Positions 9,070 to 17,606 of a stretch of 64,000 nt of DNA are shown in pieces. Position 1 is the first letter of the stretch; each line of letters begins with the position of its first letter. The stretch is from an uncultured Eubacteriales bacterium. Its GTDB lineage: Bacteria; Bacillota; Clostridia; Christensenellales; CAG-138. The stretch lies in assembly GCA_902801845.1 (NCBI GenBank), contig CADCJW010000002.1, forward strand, positions 305,627 to 369,626. The letters are read 5' to 3'. Below the pieces are notes generated by a model. It was not told where the DNA came from. It ran no database searches and was given only the letters and a program-made list of their open reading frames with translations. The position numbers were made by a program, and so were the translations under genes.

Positions 9070-10230
9070 ATGGGCAAAGACAAAACTTCCATCGTGTTCA
9101 CCGGCGACATCGGCTTCGATCGGTACATGGACCGCCGCTGGGAGGACGACCGGCTCCTTTCCCAGCCCATTTTGGACTTCTTCCACGGGGCGGACCACGT
9201 GGCCGCCAACGTGGAGGGGGCCCTCATCGACGCCGTGGACGACGGCAGCCGGGGCGTGTTCTTCCACGCCATGAACCCCGCCGCCACCAAGGTCCTGAAG
9301 AACATGCACGCGGACATCTGGTGCATCGGCAACAACCACACCATGGACGCGGGCCGGGACGGCGTCATCAGCACCAAAAGGATCGCCCGGGACATGGGCT
9401 GCCTCACCATCGGCGCGGGCCTCAACGTAAAGGAGGCCTCGGAGCCCATCTACCTGGAGGAGGCGGGCGGCATCGGCATGTTCGGCGTAGCGTATATGGC
9501 CGAGTGCATCCCCGCCACAGAGACGGAGCCCGGCATCTTCCGCTGGGACGACATGGACGGCATCAAGCGCCGCATCGACGAAATCAAGGCGAAGTGCCGC
9601 TGGTGCGTCGTCGTCAGCCACGGCGGCGAAGAGTTCACCAGCATGCCCAGCCCCTACACCCGGGACCGGTATCTGCGGTATCTGGAGCTGGGGGCCGACG
9701 TGGTGGTGGCCCACCATCCCCACGTGCCCGAGAACTATGAGCTCTTCCCCGACGGAAAGGCCATCTTCTACTCCCTGGGGAACTTCATCTTCGACACCAA
9801 CTACCAGCGGGCCCACCTGTACACCGACGTGGGCGTGCTCTTGAAGCTCATCTTCACCCCCGAGAAGCTGGACTTCGAGGCCATGGGCATCCGGATCGTC
9901 CGGGGCCCGGAGAACATCGTGGCGGCGCCCCTGCCCGACATCTTCACCAACATTCCCGCCGGGGAGTATGCCCTTCTATCGCCCCTGGCCGCCAAGGCCT
10001 TCGTGGCGGAAGACGCGCGCAAGATGATCTACCTGGAGCCGGAACGGTTCACCGACGCGCCCCAGGAGGTCTGGGACGGGTACTTCTTCAGCACCGAGCC
10101 CGACGGTTACTTTGAGGGGGCCCACATGGACTTCAACGTGATCGTCCCCTTCTCCAAGACCGCCGAAGAGGGGGCCTGGAAGTATTCCAAGCTGGACAAG
10201 GTGAAGGCATATATCCTTAAGCAACTATAA
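9070..10230 (+). CDS. CapA/PGA_cap-family metallophosphatase-like protein
   Basis: Motifs TGDIGFDR, CIGNNHTMD, SHGGEEF and VVAHHPHV are typical of the CapA family. RBS AAGGAGG. Confidence 0.7.
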   Translation: MGKDKTSIVFTGDIGFDRYMDRRWEDDRLLSQPILDFFHGADHVAANVEGALIDAVDDGSRGVFFHAMNPAATKVLKNMHADIWCIGNNHTMDAGRDGVISTKRIARDMGCLTIGAGLNVKEASEPIYLEEAGGIGMFGVAYMAECIPATETEPGIFRWDDMDGIKRRIDEIKAKCRWCVVVSHGGEEFTSMPSPYTRDRYLRYLELGADVVVAHHPHVPENYELFPDGKAIFYSLGNFIFDTNYQRAHLYTDVGVLLKLIFTPEKLDFEAMGIRIVRGPENIVAAPLPDIFTNIPAGEYALLSPLAAKAFVAEDARKMIYLEPERFTDAPQEVWDGYFFSTEPDGYFEGAHMDFNVIVPFSKTAEEGAWKYSKLDKVKAYILKQL

Positions 10231-10245
10231 AAAATGCACAAAAAA

Positions 10246-10271
10246 GGCGTTCCTTTCGGAACGCTTTTTTC
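10246..10271 (+). terminator. Intrinsic terminator after the capA-like gene
   Basis: GCGTTCC-tttc-GGAACGC followed by TTTTTT. Confidence 0.7.
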
Positions 10272-10282
10272 TTATCCATCCT

Positions 10283-10334
10283 GTGCTTCTCTTTTTCGGT
10301 TCCTTTTTCTCTTCACCGAAGAGAAAAAGGAACA
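10283..10334 (+). repeat. Intergenic hairpin repeat, copy 2 (forward)
   Basis: GTGCTTCTCTTTTTCG flank, then GTTCCTTTTTCTCTTC-acc-GAAGAGAAAAAGGAAC (16-bp perfect stem). Confidence 0.9.
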
Positions 10335-10337
10335 AAC

Positions 10338-11090
10338 TCAATCCAGCAAATACTCCATAAACACCGGTATCCGCGCCTCCCAGTACGCCTCGCTGTGCTG
10401 GGCGTCGGGGATCACCCGGGCGTCCACCTGGGCCCCAAAGCGGGTGAGCCGCTGGGCCGTGGCAAAGAGGCCGGTGAGGATAGAGGTGTGCTTCCCCGCC
10501 TCCCCGGTGCCCATGTCCATATAGATGCGGGTGGGCGCGGAAAGGGGGTTCGCCTTCAGCAGCTCCGTCTCGTGGCCCCGAGCCGCCCACAGGCTGGGGG
10601 ACAGGGCCGCTGCCCGGGAGAAGGTGCTATTATAAGCCACCGCGGCGTACAGGGCCATGAGCCCGCCCATGGAGCTGCCTGCGATCAGGGTGTGCTCCCG
10701 ATCCGGCAGCGTCCGATATTCCCCATCGATCCGGGGCTTCAATTCCTTTACGATCCAGTCCATGGTCAGCTGCCCCCGGGCCGGGAACATGAGCTTCCCC
10801 CGCCAGGAGATGTCCCAGGGGGTGTACTCGCTCATCCGGTTGTCCCCCTCCGGGTTGCACTCCACCGCCACCAGGATCAGGGGCCGCCGGCTCCTCTCCA
10901 GATATTGCTTCATGCCCCAGCTTCTGCCGTAGGTGGCGTGGCTGTCGTAGAACACGTTGTGCCCGTCGAACATATAGAGCACCGGGTACCGCTCGTCGCC
11001 TATCTCGTATCCCTTGGGGGTGTAGATGTACAGCCGCCGGGGCTTTTTCGTGGGCAGGGTGGGAATCTGTATCCGTTCGACGCGAATCAT
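10338..11090 (-). CDS. Alpha/beta-hydrolase 'putative esterase' family protein
   Basis: 250 aa, nucleophile elbow GSSMGG, and an N-terminal YPVLYMFDGHN pattern typical of esterase-D/enterochelin-esterase-like proteins. Confidence 0.7.
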   Translation of the reverse strand: MIRVERIQIPTLPTKKPRRLYIYTPKGYEIGDERYPVLYMFDGHNVFYDSHATYGRSWGMKQYLERSRRPLILVAVECNPEGDNRMSEYTPWDISWRGKLMFPARGQLTMDWIVKELKPRIDGEYRTLPDREHTLIAGSSMGGLMALYAAVAYNSTFSRAAALSPSLWAARGHETELLKANPLSAPTRIYMDMGTGEAGKHTSILTGLFATAQRLTRFGAQVDARVIPDAQHSEAYWEARIPVFMEYLLD

Positions 11091-11134
11091 AAAAACTCCT
11101 TCCCCCTTAAATCAGGGGTAGTTAAGGCTTTGGG

Positions 11135-12937
11135 TCACTCCCCGGCGGGGACGGGCTGCAGGTCCTCCAGCAAGTGCAGCTGGCAGTAAAGGCTGGCCAT
11201 CTGGCCCTCGGCGGCAAGGGTGAGGCGCAAGAAGCCGTCCTCCTGGAGCCGGAGGGCATAGGAAACGCCCCCCTCCTCCCATGTCAGGGCCCCGTCCTCA
11301 TAGGTCATGTCCCGGACCACGTCCCCGAAGAACGCGCCTCCCAGGGCCGCTTTCGTGCCCTCGATATACAGGATGGCGCGAACGCCCGCGGCTTCCGACG
11401 ATCCCACGGCCCCATCCGCGGCCACATACTGGGCCTTCCAGCAGCCGGCGAAGCTGTCCAAGGGCGGCGCGTCAGCCAGGGGTTCCCCGGGCACGTACTC
11501 ATCCTCCGGATCCTGGAGGATGGCCAGGTGAAGCTCCCCGTTCAAAAAATCTTCCATGGAGACCAGGTCCGCCGCGGCAGGGTCAGCGCCCGCCGCTTCG
11601 CCGGCCGCCAGCGCCTGAAAGAGGCTTGGGACGGGGTCCACGCTCTCCGTCTTGGTGGCGCCGCAGACCGTGCAGGTGAAGGTCTTCTCCCCCGGAGTGA
11701 AGCCCTTGGGCAGGGTGGTGAGCTCGCCCGCGTCCCAGCTGTGATCGCTCAACTCCCCCTCGCTGCGCCACTGGGTGACTCCGCAGCGGCCGCATTTGCG
11801 ATACTGCAGCTCCTTCCGGATGCAGGTGGCGGGGGTGTCGGTGATCCAATCGCCGAACCTGTGGCCGTAGGCGTCGATGGTCCGGGTCTCCTCCGCGCCG
11901 CAGGCCGAACAGGTGCGGATCTCCGCCCCGTCCTCGGTGCAGGTGGGGGCCTCTTTCACCGTCCAGTCCGACCAGGTATGTATGGTTTCCTGGGCTTTGA
12001 TCACCGCGCCGCAGACCGAGCAGGTCTGGCCATCGGTGAGCCCGTCCTCCGTGTCGGTGGCCTCGCGGCCGGAGACGATGATCACGGTGTGGCCGGTGGC
12101 GGGGATGGTCTCCTGGGCCACCAGCACCTCGCCGCAAACTGAGCATTTGCTGCCCTCTGCGAGGCCGTCCTCCGTGCAGGTGGCGGCCGTGCTGGGGATG
12201 GCCACGGGGGTGTGGCCGGTGGCGGGGATGACCTCCTGGGCTACCAGCACCTCCCCGCAGATGGAGCAGACCTGGCCATCCGTAAGGCCGTCCTCCGTGC
12301 AGGTGGCGGCTGTACCGGGAACGTCGACGGGGGTGTGCCCCGTGGCCGGGATGATCTCCTGGGCCACCAGCACCTCGCCGCAAACCGAGCAAACCTGTCC
12401 ATCCGTAAGGCCGTCCTCCGTGCAGGTGGCGGCCGTGCCGGGAACGACCTCGGGGGTGTGCCCTGTGGCGGGGATGGTCTCCTGGACCTTGATCACCTCG
12501 CCGCAGACCGAGCAGGTCTGCCCATCCGTGAGGCCGTCCTCCGTGCAGGTGGCCTCCCGGCCGGAGGCGATGATGACGGTGTGGCCGGTGGCGGGGATGA
12601 TCTCCTGGGCCACGAGCACCTGCCCGCAGACCGAGCATTTGCTGCCCTCGGTGAGACCGTCCTCCGTGCAGGTGGCGGCTCTGCTGGGGATGGGAACGGG
12701 GAAATGGGCGGGGATCTTCTCCATGACCGTGATGCCGCATGCCGCACAGGTCCATTGGACGTAGCCAGGATCGGTGCAGGTCGGGGCCTTCCGGTCGCTC
12801 TCCTTCCAAACGTGACGACCGTCGTCGGCTTTGCCGCAGCCGTCGGCGGACGGCTCGGCAAAGGTCGCTGTCGGAGCTGCCGCCAGCACCAGCATCAGGG
12901 CCAGCAGCAGGGACAGGACGGTTTTGAGCTGTTTCAT
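11135..12937 (-). CDS. Secreted protein with about 10 Cys-rich modules (C-X10-C-X2-C...H) and an uncharacterised C-terminal domain
   Basis: Start chosen at ATG 12937 (RBS GGGAGG). Signal peptide MKQLKTVLSLLLALMLVLAAAPTATFA. Six near-identical 41-aa units plus degenerate flanking units. Confidence 0.8.
   Translation of the reverse strand: MKQLKTVLSLLLALMLVLAAAPTATFAEPSADGCGKADDGRHVWKESDRKAPTCTDPGYVQWTCAACGITVMEKIPAHFPVPIPSRAATCTEDGLTEGSKCSVCGQVLVAQEIIPATGHTVIIASGREATCTEDGLTDGQTCSVCGEVIKVQETIPATGHTPEVVPGTAATCTEDGLTDGQVCSVCGEVLVAQEIIPATGHTPVDVPGTAATCTEDGLTDGQVCSICGEVLVAQEVIPATGHTPVAIPSTAATCTEDGLAEGSKCSVCGEVLVAQETIPATGHTVIIVSGREATDTEDGLTDGQTCSVCGAVIKAQETIHTWSDWTVKEAPTCTEDGAEIRTCSACGAEETRTIDAYGHRFGDWITDTPATCIRKELQYRKCGRCGVTQWRSEGELSDHSWDAGELTTLPKGFTPGEKTFTCTVCGATKTESVDPVPSLFQALAAGEAAGADPAAADLVSMEDFLNGELHLAILQDPEDEYVPGEPLADAPPLDSFAGCWKAQYVAADGAVGSSEAAGVRAILYIEGTKAALGGAFFGDVVRDMTYEDGALTWEEGGVSYALRLQEDGFLRLTLAAEGQMASLYCQLHLLEDLQPVPAGE
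11978..12694 (-). repeat. Six tandem 123-bp (41-aa) coding repeats inside the secreted protein gene
   Basis: The unit ATCTEDGLTDGQxCSVCGEVLVAQExIPATGHTPxxVPGTA recurs with a 41-aa period (Cys at aa 90, 131, 172, 213 and 254; Asp at 295). Confidence 0.9.
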
Positions 12938-13090
12938 GGGTAACCTCCCATCTGCAAAGGTCAAAATAGGTCGATGCGCGTCCCCGTCGGTCAAATCTGA
13001 TCCGCGGCGCGCCGAAGTTCAAAAAGAGGGAACGGCGGTGGGCTCGTCGCTTGCGCGGGAGACCCTTTCGCCAAAAGCATATACACATAA

Positions 13091-13119
13091 AGTATAGCAG
13101 AGAACGGTCCATTTGGCAA
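13091..13119 (-). promoter_or_regulatory. Promoter for the Cys-repeat protein gene
   Basis: On the minus strand: TTGCCA, 17-nt spacer, TATACT, preceded by TGc. It implies a 5' UTR of about 150 nt. Confidence 0.5.
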
Positions 13120-13166
13120 GGTGGCGGCAAAGCGCCCTCTGCCGCGGTTTTTTGTGCCCCGCCGCC

Positions 13167-13195
13167 TTGCCAGGGACGGCAGGATGGGGTATACT
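13167..13195 (+). promoter_or_regulatory. Promoter for the rlmI-like gene
   Basis: TTGCCA, 17-nt spacer, TATACT. Confidence 0.5.
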
Positions 13196-13220
13196 CAAGC
13201 CAGCAAAGGAGCGAAAGCAG

Positions 13221-14441
13221 ATGAAACAGGAGCGAACATTCCCCCGATTCACAGTGAACAAAAAGGCGGAGCTGAGCCTCCGGGCGGGCCACCCCTGGGT
13301 CTATGGGGCGGAGGTCACGGAGCGGACGCCGGCGGAGAACGGCGCCATCGTGGACGTGTTCTCGGAGAAGGGGACCTATTTGGGCAGCGGGTTCGTCAAC
13401 GACCAAAGCAAGATCCTGGTGCGGGTCCTGTCGAAAAACGCCAACGACGCCTTCGACGAAGCCTTTTTCCGGCGGCGCATCCGCTACGCCCTGGACTACC
13501 GCAAGACCGTCATGGGCGAGGATTTCAACGCCTGCCGCCTGATCTTCGGCGAGGCGGACGGCCTCCCCGGCTGGACGGTGGACCGGTTCGAAGACGTGCT
13601 GGTGACGGAGGTTTTGTCCCTGGGCATCGAAGGGCGCAAGGGGATGCTCTTTTCCCTGCTGCTGGAGGAGCTTGAACGGGACGGGGTCAGGATCCGGGTC
13701 CTGTACGAGCGGAACGAAAGCCCCCTGCGGCAGAAGGAGGGACTCCCCTCCGGCAAGGGATACGTGGATCTGCCGGGGCTTCAAACCGAGGGGACGGGCC
13801 TGGTGGAGATCACCGAGAACGGCATCCGCTACGAGGTGGACTATGTGAACGGGCAGAAGACGGGCTTCTTCCTGGACCAGAAATACAACCGGCGAGCGGC
13901 GGCCAGGCTGGCCCCAGGGAAGCGGGTGCTGGATTGCTTCACCCACACGGGGGCCTTCGCCCTGAACTGCGCCCGGGCCGGGGCCGCCAACGTGACGGCG
14001 GTGGACGTGTCGGAGCTGGCCCTCCAGGAGGTGGCGCATAACGCCGCTTTGAACGGCCTTTCCGTGACGCCCCTGAAGGCGGACGTGTTCGATCTGCTCA
14101 CCGAGCTCACGGCGAAGAAGTGCCGGGACTACGACTATATCATCCTGGATCCGCCGGCCTTCACCAAATCCAACGCCACGGCCAAAGCCGCCTTCAACGG
14201 CTACAAGCAGATCAACCGCATGGCCATGAAGCTGCTGCCCCGGGGCGGGTATCTGGCGACCTGCTCCTGCTCCCACTTCATGTACGAGGACCAGTTCCGG
14301 CGGATGCTGCTGGAAGCGGCCCAGGAGGCGGACGTGAGCCTTCGGTTCATCGAGCAGCGGCAGCAGGGGCCGGATCATCCCATCCTGCCCACGGTGCCCG
14401 AGACCTACTATTTGAAATTCTATCTGGTGCAGATCGTATGA
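13221..14441 (+). CDS. rlmI: Class I SAM-dependent rRNA methyltransferase with a PUA-like N-terminus (RlmI/YwbD-like)
   Basis: Start moved to ATG 13221 (RBS AAAGGAG). Contains VLDCFTHTGAFAL (SAM motif I) and ILDPPAF (motif IV). Confidence 0.75.
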   Translation: MKQERTFPRFTVNKKAELSLRAGHPWVYGAEVTERTPAENGAIVDVFSEKGTYLGSGFVNDQSKILVRVLSKNANDAFDEAFFRRRIRYALDYRKTVMGEDFNACRLIFGEADGLPGWTVDRFEDVLVTEVLSLGIEGRKGMLFSLLLEELERDGVRIRVLYERNESPLRQKEGLPSGKGYVDLPGLQTEGTGLVEITENGIRYEVDYVNGQKTGFFLDQKYNRRAAARLAPGKRVLDCFTHTGAFALNCARAGAANVTAVDVSELALQEVAHNAALNGLSVTPLKADVFDLLTELTAKKCRDYDYIILDPPAFTKSNATAKAAFNGYKQINRMAMKLLPRGGYLATCSCSHFMYEDQFRRMLLEAAQEADVSLRFIEQRQQGPDHPILPTVPETYYLKFYLVQIV

Positions 14442-15010
14442 TGACGAAAGCGGATGCAGTGGCCCTGATCGCGGGGCGGTTGGAGCAAACGGACCGGCTG
14501 GTGGTGGCCCTGGACGGCATGTCCTGCGCGGGGAAGACCACCTTTGCCCGGGAGCTGGCGGAACGGTTTTCCGGCTCCGTGGTCCATATGGACGATTTCT
14601 TTTTGCCCCGGGAACGGTTCACGGTCGAGATGCAATCCCTGCCCGGGGGGAACATGGACCGGGACCGGTTCCGGGAATCGGTCCTGGAGCCCTTGCGAGC
14701 GGGCGGCGACTTTGATTACGCGCCCTTCTCCTGCGCACAGCAGGCGCTGGTGCCGGACAAGGTGACGGTGACGGGCCGCCTTATCGTGGTGGAGGGGGCC
14801 TACGCCCTGCTCCCCGCCTGGGGCAAGTACTATGACCTGGCTCTGTTTTTAGAGGTGTCCCAGGAGGAGCAGCAGGGACGGCTGCTCCTGCGGAACGGCG
14901 CCCGGGGCATGGTGCCCTTCCTCACCCGCTGGATCCCCCGGGAGAAGAGCTACTTCACCGCCTGCGACGTTCGCGCCCGCTGCGACGCTCTGGTGGATGG
15001 AGAGGAATAA
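14438..15010 (+). CDS. P-loop nucleoside/uridine-kinase-like protein
   Basis: Internal start MMTKAD overlaps the upstream stop (ATGA). Walker A GMSCAGKTT. 190 aa. The upstream part of track ORF 14120..15010 overlaps the rlmI-like gene and is not coding. Confidence 0.6.
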   Translation: MMTKADAVALIAGRLEQTDRLVVALDGMSCAGKTTFARELAERFSGSVVHMDDFFLPRERFTVEMQSLPGGNMDRDRFRESVLEPLRAGGDFDYAPFSCAQQALVPDKVTVTGRLIVVEGAYALLPAWGKYYDLALFLEVSQEEQQGRLLLRNGARGMVPFLTRWIPREKSYFTACDVRARCDALVDGEE

Positions 15011-15020
15011 AAAAAGCCGT

Positions 15021-15494
15021 TTACGCCTGCCAGCCCTTGCACACGTCGATCCAGCCCTTGGACCCGGAATGCTTTTCCAGCTCCAAAAGGGTGAGCTCGA
15101 TGGCGCTGTTGGAGCTGCCGCAAGCTGGAAAGACCGTGTCGAACCGCTTCAAGGACACGTCCAGGTAGGTGCTCACCCCCTCGTTCACGGCGAAGGGGCA
15201 GACTCCGCCCACAGCATGCCCCACCAGCGTGGATGCCTCCTCGGGGGAAAGCATCTTCGCCTTGGTGTGGAAAAACGCCTTGAACTTCCCGTTATCCACG
15301 CGGGCATCCCCGGCGGCCACCACCAGCACCGGCGCCCCGTCCACCAGGAAGGACAGCGTCTTGGCGATCCGGCAGCCTTCGCAGCCCAAGGCGGCCGCGG
15401 CCAGCTCCACCGTGGCGCTGGATACCGGGAACTCCAGCACCCTTTCCGCCATGCCGCAGCGCTGAAAGTATTCTCTTACCCGTTCGATGGACAT
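15021..15494 (-). CDS. YbaK/EbsC-family aminoacyl-tRNA deacylase domain protein
   Basis: 157 aa. The KTL..V.....GD..VD..K and GGVCPF patterns are typical of the YbaK/ProRS-associated editing domain. Confidence 0.7.
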   Translation of the reverse strand: MSIERVREYFQRCGMAERVLEFPVSSATVELAAAALGCEGCRIAKTLSFLVDGAPVLVVAAGDARVDNGKFKAFFHTKAKMLSPEEASTLVGHAVGGVCPFAVNEGVSTYLDVSLKRFDTVFPACGSSNSAIELTLLELEKHSGSKGWIDVCKGWQA

Positions 15495-15504
15495 GGTCTC
15501 CCTC

Positions 15505-15795
15505 TCATTTCTCCCCTGCAGGACGCATATACAAGCCGTTCTTTCGCTGCAGCATGCCCAGCTCCACCATCTCCCGGCGCAGGGCGCAATAGTCGTCGTG
15601 GTGGTCCAGGAGCTTGAAGTTCACCTCCTGCTCGGTGTAGCTGCGGCCGGGCTCGAAGTCCTCCAGGAGCAGGTCCAGCAGCACCTTCCGCTTCTTCAGT
15701 TGGCTGGGCAGGGCCACGATGAGCCCATCCCGCCAGAAGACCCGCTTCACCTTTTCGGCGAAGGCCTCGTCGTACATCAATTCTTCGTTCAGCAT
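15505..15795 (-). CDS. DUF2087 domain protein
   Basis: 96 aa. The ..YTEQEVNFKL...HDDYCALRREMVELGML.R pattern is typical of DUF2087. Confidence 0.6.
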   Translation of the reverse strand: MLNEELMYDEAFAEKVKRVFWRDGLIVALPSQLKKRKVLLDLLLEDFEPGRSYTEQEVNFKLLDHHDDYCALRREMVELGMLQRKNGLYMRPAGEK

Positions 15796-15804
15796 AGAGC
15801 CTCC

Positions 15805-16518
15805 TTACTGGACCGGTTGAAGGGAGTCGTAAACGACCTTCAGCCCGTCGGCGTACGCCGTTTGATCCCCCACCCAGATGAGCAGGACCAGCTTCTCCCC
15901 CCGAAGGAAGATATGGCCCACAAAATCGTAGGTCTCCCCGTTCACCGTAACGTCGGAAGCACCCCGGTAGCAGGGGGTACCGTTGAGCTTGGTCTTTTGG
16001 ATGGACACGGGCGACAGGGTGAACCCGGTGACGCCGTTGCTGGTCAAAGCCCCCTCCACCATGGAGGTGATGGCCTCGTCGGAGGAAAAGAACAGGGCGA
16101 GGTCCACCATGGTCTCCGTCAGATTCATGTCGTTGGGCACCTCCTGATAGGAGAGGCAGGTGTGGTCGGTGTCGTCGAGGTCCGGGTAGAAAAAGACCCC
16201 GTCCTCCACCTTGGCCTGGAGCCATTCCCCCGGCGCCTGGAAGCGGAAGTAGGTCCCCTCGTAGGTCTGGAGCGGCGCTTGTGTCGCCTCGGGCGTGGCG
16301 GCAGGCGGCTCAGGCGAGGGCGAAAGCGTGACCCCGCAGGTGACGGAGGGCGATGCCGTGGGCTCCGGCTCAGGGGATGCGTCCGGGACCGGGGGCGTTT
16401 CTTGCGCAGCCTCCTGAACGGTGGCAGGGGCGTCGCCCCGCTCTGAGCGCGGGTTGGGCAGCGATACGCAGCCCGTCAGCAGCAACAGGCAAAGACAAAG
16501 GATCATCAGCTTTTTCAT
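15805..16518 (-). CDS. Lipoprotein of unknown function
   Basis: Start at ATG 16518 (RBS GGGGAGGAG). Lipobox MKKLMILCLCLLLLTGC, followed by a Pro/Glu/Ala/Thr linker. Confidence 0.7.
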   Translation of the reverse strand: MKKLMILCLCLLLLTGCVSLPNPRSERGDAPATVQEAAQETPPVPDASPEPEPTASPSVTCGVTLSPSPEPPAATPEATQAPLQTYEGTYFRFQAPGEWLQAKVEDGVFFYPDLDDTDHTCLSYQEVPNDMNLTETMVDLALFFSSDEAITSMVEGALTSNGVTGFTLSPVSIQKTKLNGTPCYRGASDVTVNGETYDFVGHIFLRGEKLVLLIWVGDQTAYADGLKVVYDSLQPVQ

Positions 16519-16528
16519 AGGGATCGTT

Positions 16529-16894
16529 TCACTCCTCCCCGGCATCCTTGGGCCCGCTGTCGCCGAAGACGGCCGCAAAATCCGCCTTGGCGTGGTCGTT
16601 GACCAGGGCGCAGAACCGGTCGTATTTTTCGAGAAAGGCCCGTCCCTCCGCCGTCAGGGAGGCGCCGCCGCCCTCCTTGCCGCCGGTGGTGGTGACGAGC
16701 AGGGGGAAGCCCAGCTCCCGCTCCGCCCGGCGGATGATGGCCCAGGCCTTACTGTAGGCCATGCCCATGGACAAGGTGGCCTGGCGGATGGAATGGTAGG
16801 TCTCCACCCGGTGGAGGAGGGCCGCGATGCCCGGGCCGAAAAACTTTTCCTCCCCCATGATCCGGGGAGAGACGATGAAGCGGATTTGGTTCAT
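16529..16894 (-). CDS. ModE-N-terminal-like winged-helix DNA-binding protein
   Basis: 121 aa starting at ATG 16894 (RBS AAAGGAGG). The SIRQAT..MGMAYSKAW......E...G.PL pattern resembles the ModE/LysR-like HTH. The rest of track ORF 16529..17632 is an artefact. Confidence 0.65.
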   Translation of the reverse strand: MNQIRFIVSPRIMGEEKFFGPGIAALLHRVETYHSIRQATLSMGMAYSKAWAIIRRAERELGFPLLVTTTGGKEGGGASLTAEGRAFLEKYDRFCALVNDHAKADFAAVFGDSGPKDAGEE

Positions 16895-17006
16895 AGGGCC
16901 TGCCTCCTTTTTGTGTATCATACCGCAAAAGGTCGAAACAGGCAAGAGCCGCCCCGATTGACAGGGGAAAAAGCCCATGATACACTGCAAAAAAGGAGGC
17001 GTGGAT

Positions 17007-17387
17007 ATGGGCTTCTGGATCTTTATGACGTGCATGACGGCGCTGCTCCCCCTGACCATGGCGGGGTTCGGGTCCCGGTTCGGGAAGAAGCCGCCCCGAC
17101 GCAACGGCGTCTTCGGGTACAAGACCACCCGATCCATGAAGAACGACGACACCTGGGATTTTGCCCATCGGTACGTTGGCCGGCTGTGGCGGTATTGGGG
17201 GCTGGTGACGCTGTTTGCCGCGCTCCTGGTCATGCTCCTGGTGCTGAATCGGGACGTGGAAACCGTAGGCTGTGCGGGAACGGTGCTGGTGTTCGCCCAG
17301 TTGGTCCCCCTCTTCGCCAGTATCTTCGCCACGGAGCGGGCGCTGAAGCGGACCTTCGATCGGTTCGGGCAGCGGATCGAGGGCTGA
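17007..17387 (+). CDS. SdpI/YhfL-family membrane protein
   Basis: Start at ATG 17007 (RBS AGGAGG). The N..FGY.T..S.....W..A pattern and 3-4 TM helices fit this family. Confidence 0.55.
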   Translation: MGFWIFMTCMTALLPLTMAGFGSRFGKKPPRRNGVFGYKTTRSMKNDDTWDFAHRYVGRLWRYWGLVTLFAALLVMLLVLNRDVETVGCAGTVLVFAQLVPLFASIFATERALKRTFDRFGQRIEG

Positions 17388-17410
17388 AGGGCCCTTTTTT
17401 CGTACGGGGG

Positions 17411-17439
17411 TTGACAGACGGGCGGACATGGGATAATAT
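17411..17439 (+). promoter_or_regulatory. Promoter of the trp leader / trpB2 operon
   Basis: TTGACA, 17-nt spacer, TAATAT. Confidence 0.55.
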
Positions 17440-17471
17440 AGTATATAATTTCTGAGGAAAGGAGCACGGTC

Positions 17472-17555
17472 ATGGGCAGGAACGTCGCAGGGTCCTTCTG
17501 GTTTAGCGGCTGGTGGTTTAGCCGCCGTTTTGCGCTGCCCTGGAATGGATCGTGA
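17472..17555 (+). CDS. Candidate Trp-codon-rich leader peptide (27 aa): MGRNVAGSFWFSGWWFSRRFALPWNGS
   Basis: RBS AGGAAAGGAG lies 8 nt upstream. There are four UGG codons, including a tandem pair at 17511-17516. An intrinsic terminator lies 21 nt downstream, and the next gene is a tryptophan-synthase beta homolog. Confidence 0.6.
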   Translation: MGRNVAGSFWFSGWWFSRRFALPWNGS

Positions 17556-17575
17556 GCCGCTCGGCATGGAAGCAC

Positions 17576-17606
17576 GGGCCTCGTCCAACAGGGCGAGGCC
17601 TTTTTA
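17576..17606 (+). terminator. Intrinsic terminator (putative attenuator) upstream of trpB2
   Basis: GGGCCTCG-tccaacagg-CGAGGCC followed by TTTTT, inside the 5' leader and 124 nt before the trpB2 start. Confidence 0.7.

Noticed and set aside
11978-12694. Could the regular 123-bp repeats be a CRISPR array?
   Set aside because: The repeats are contiguous with no unique spacers. They are in frame within a signal-peptide-bearing ORF and encode a conserved Cys/His module. No cas genes are present.
13124-13153. The hairpin GCGGCA...TGCCGC plus T-run as a plus-strand terminator
   Set aside because: It lies between two divergent promoters with no upstream plus-strand gene. It is more likely incidental or an insulator than a functional terminator.
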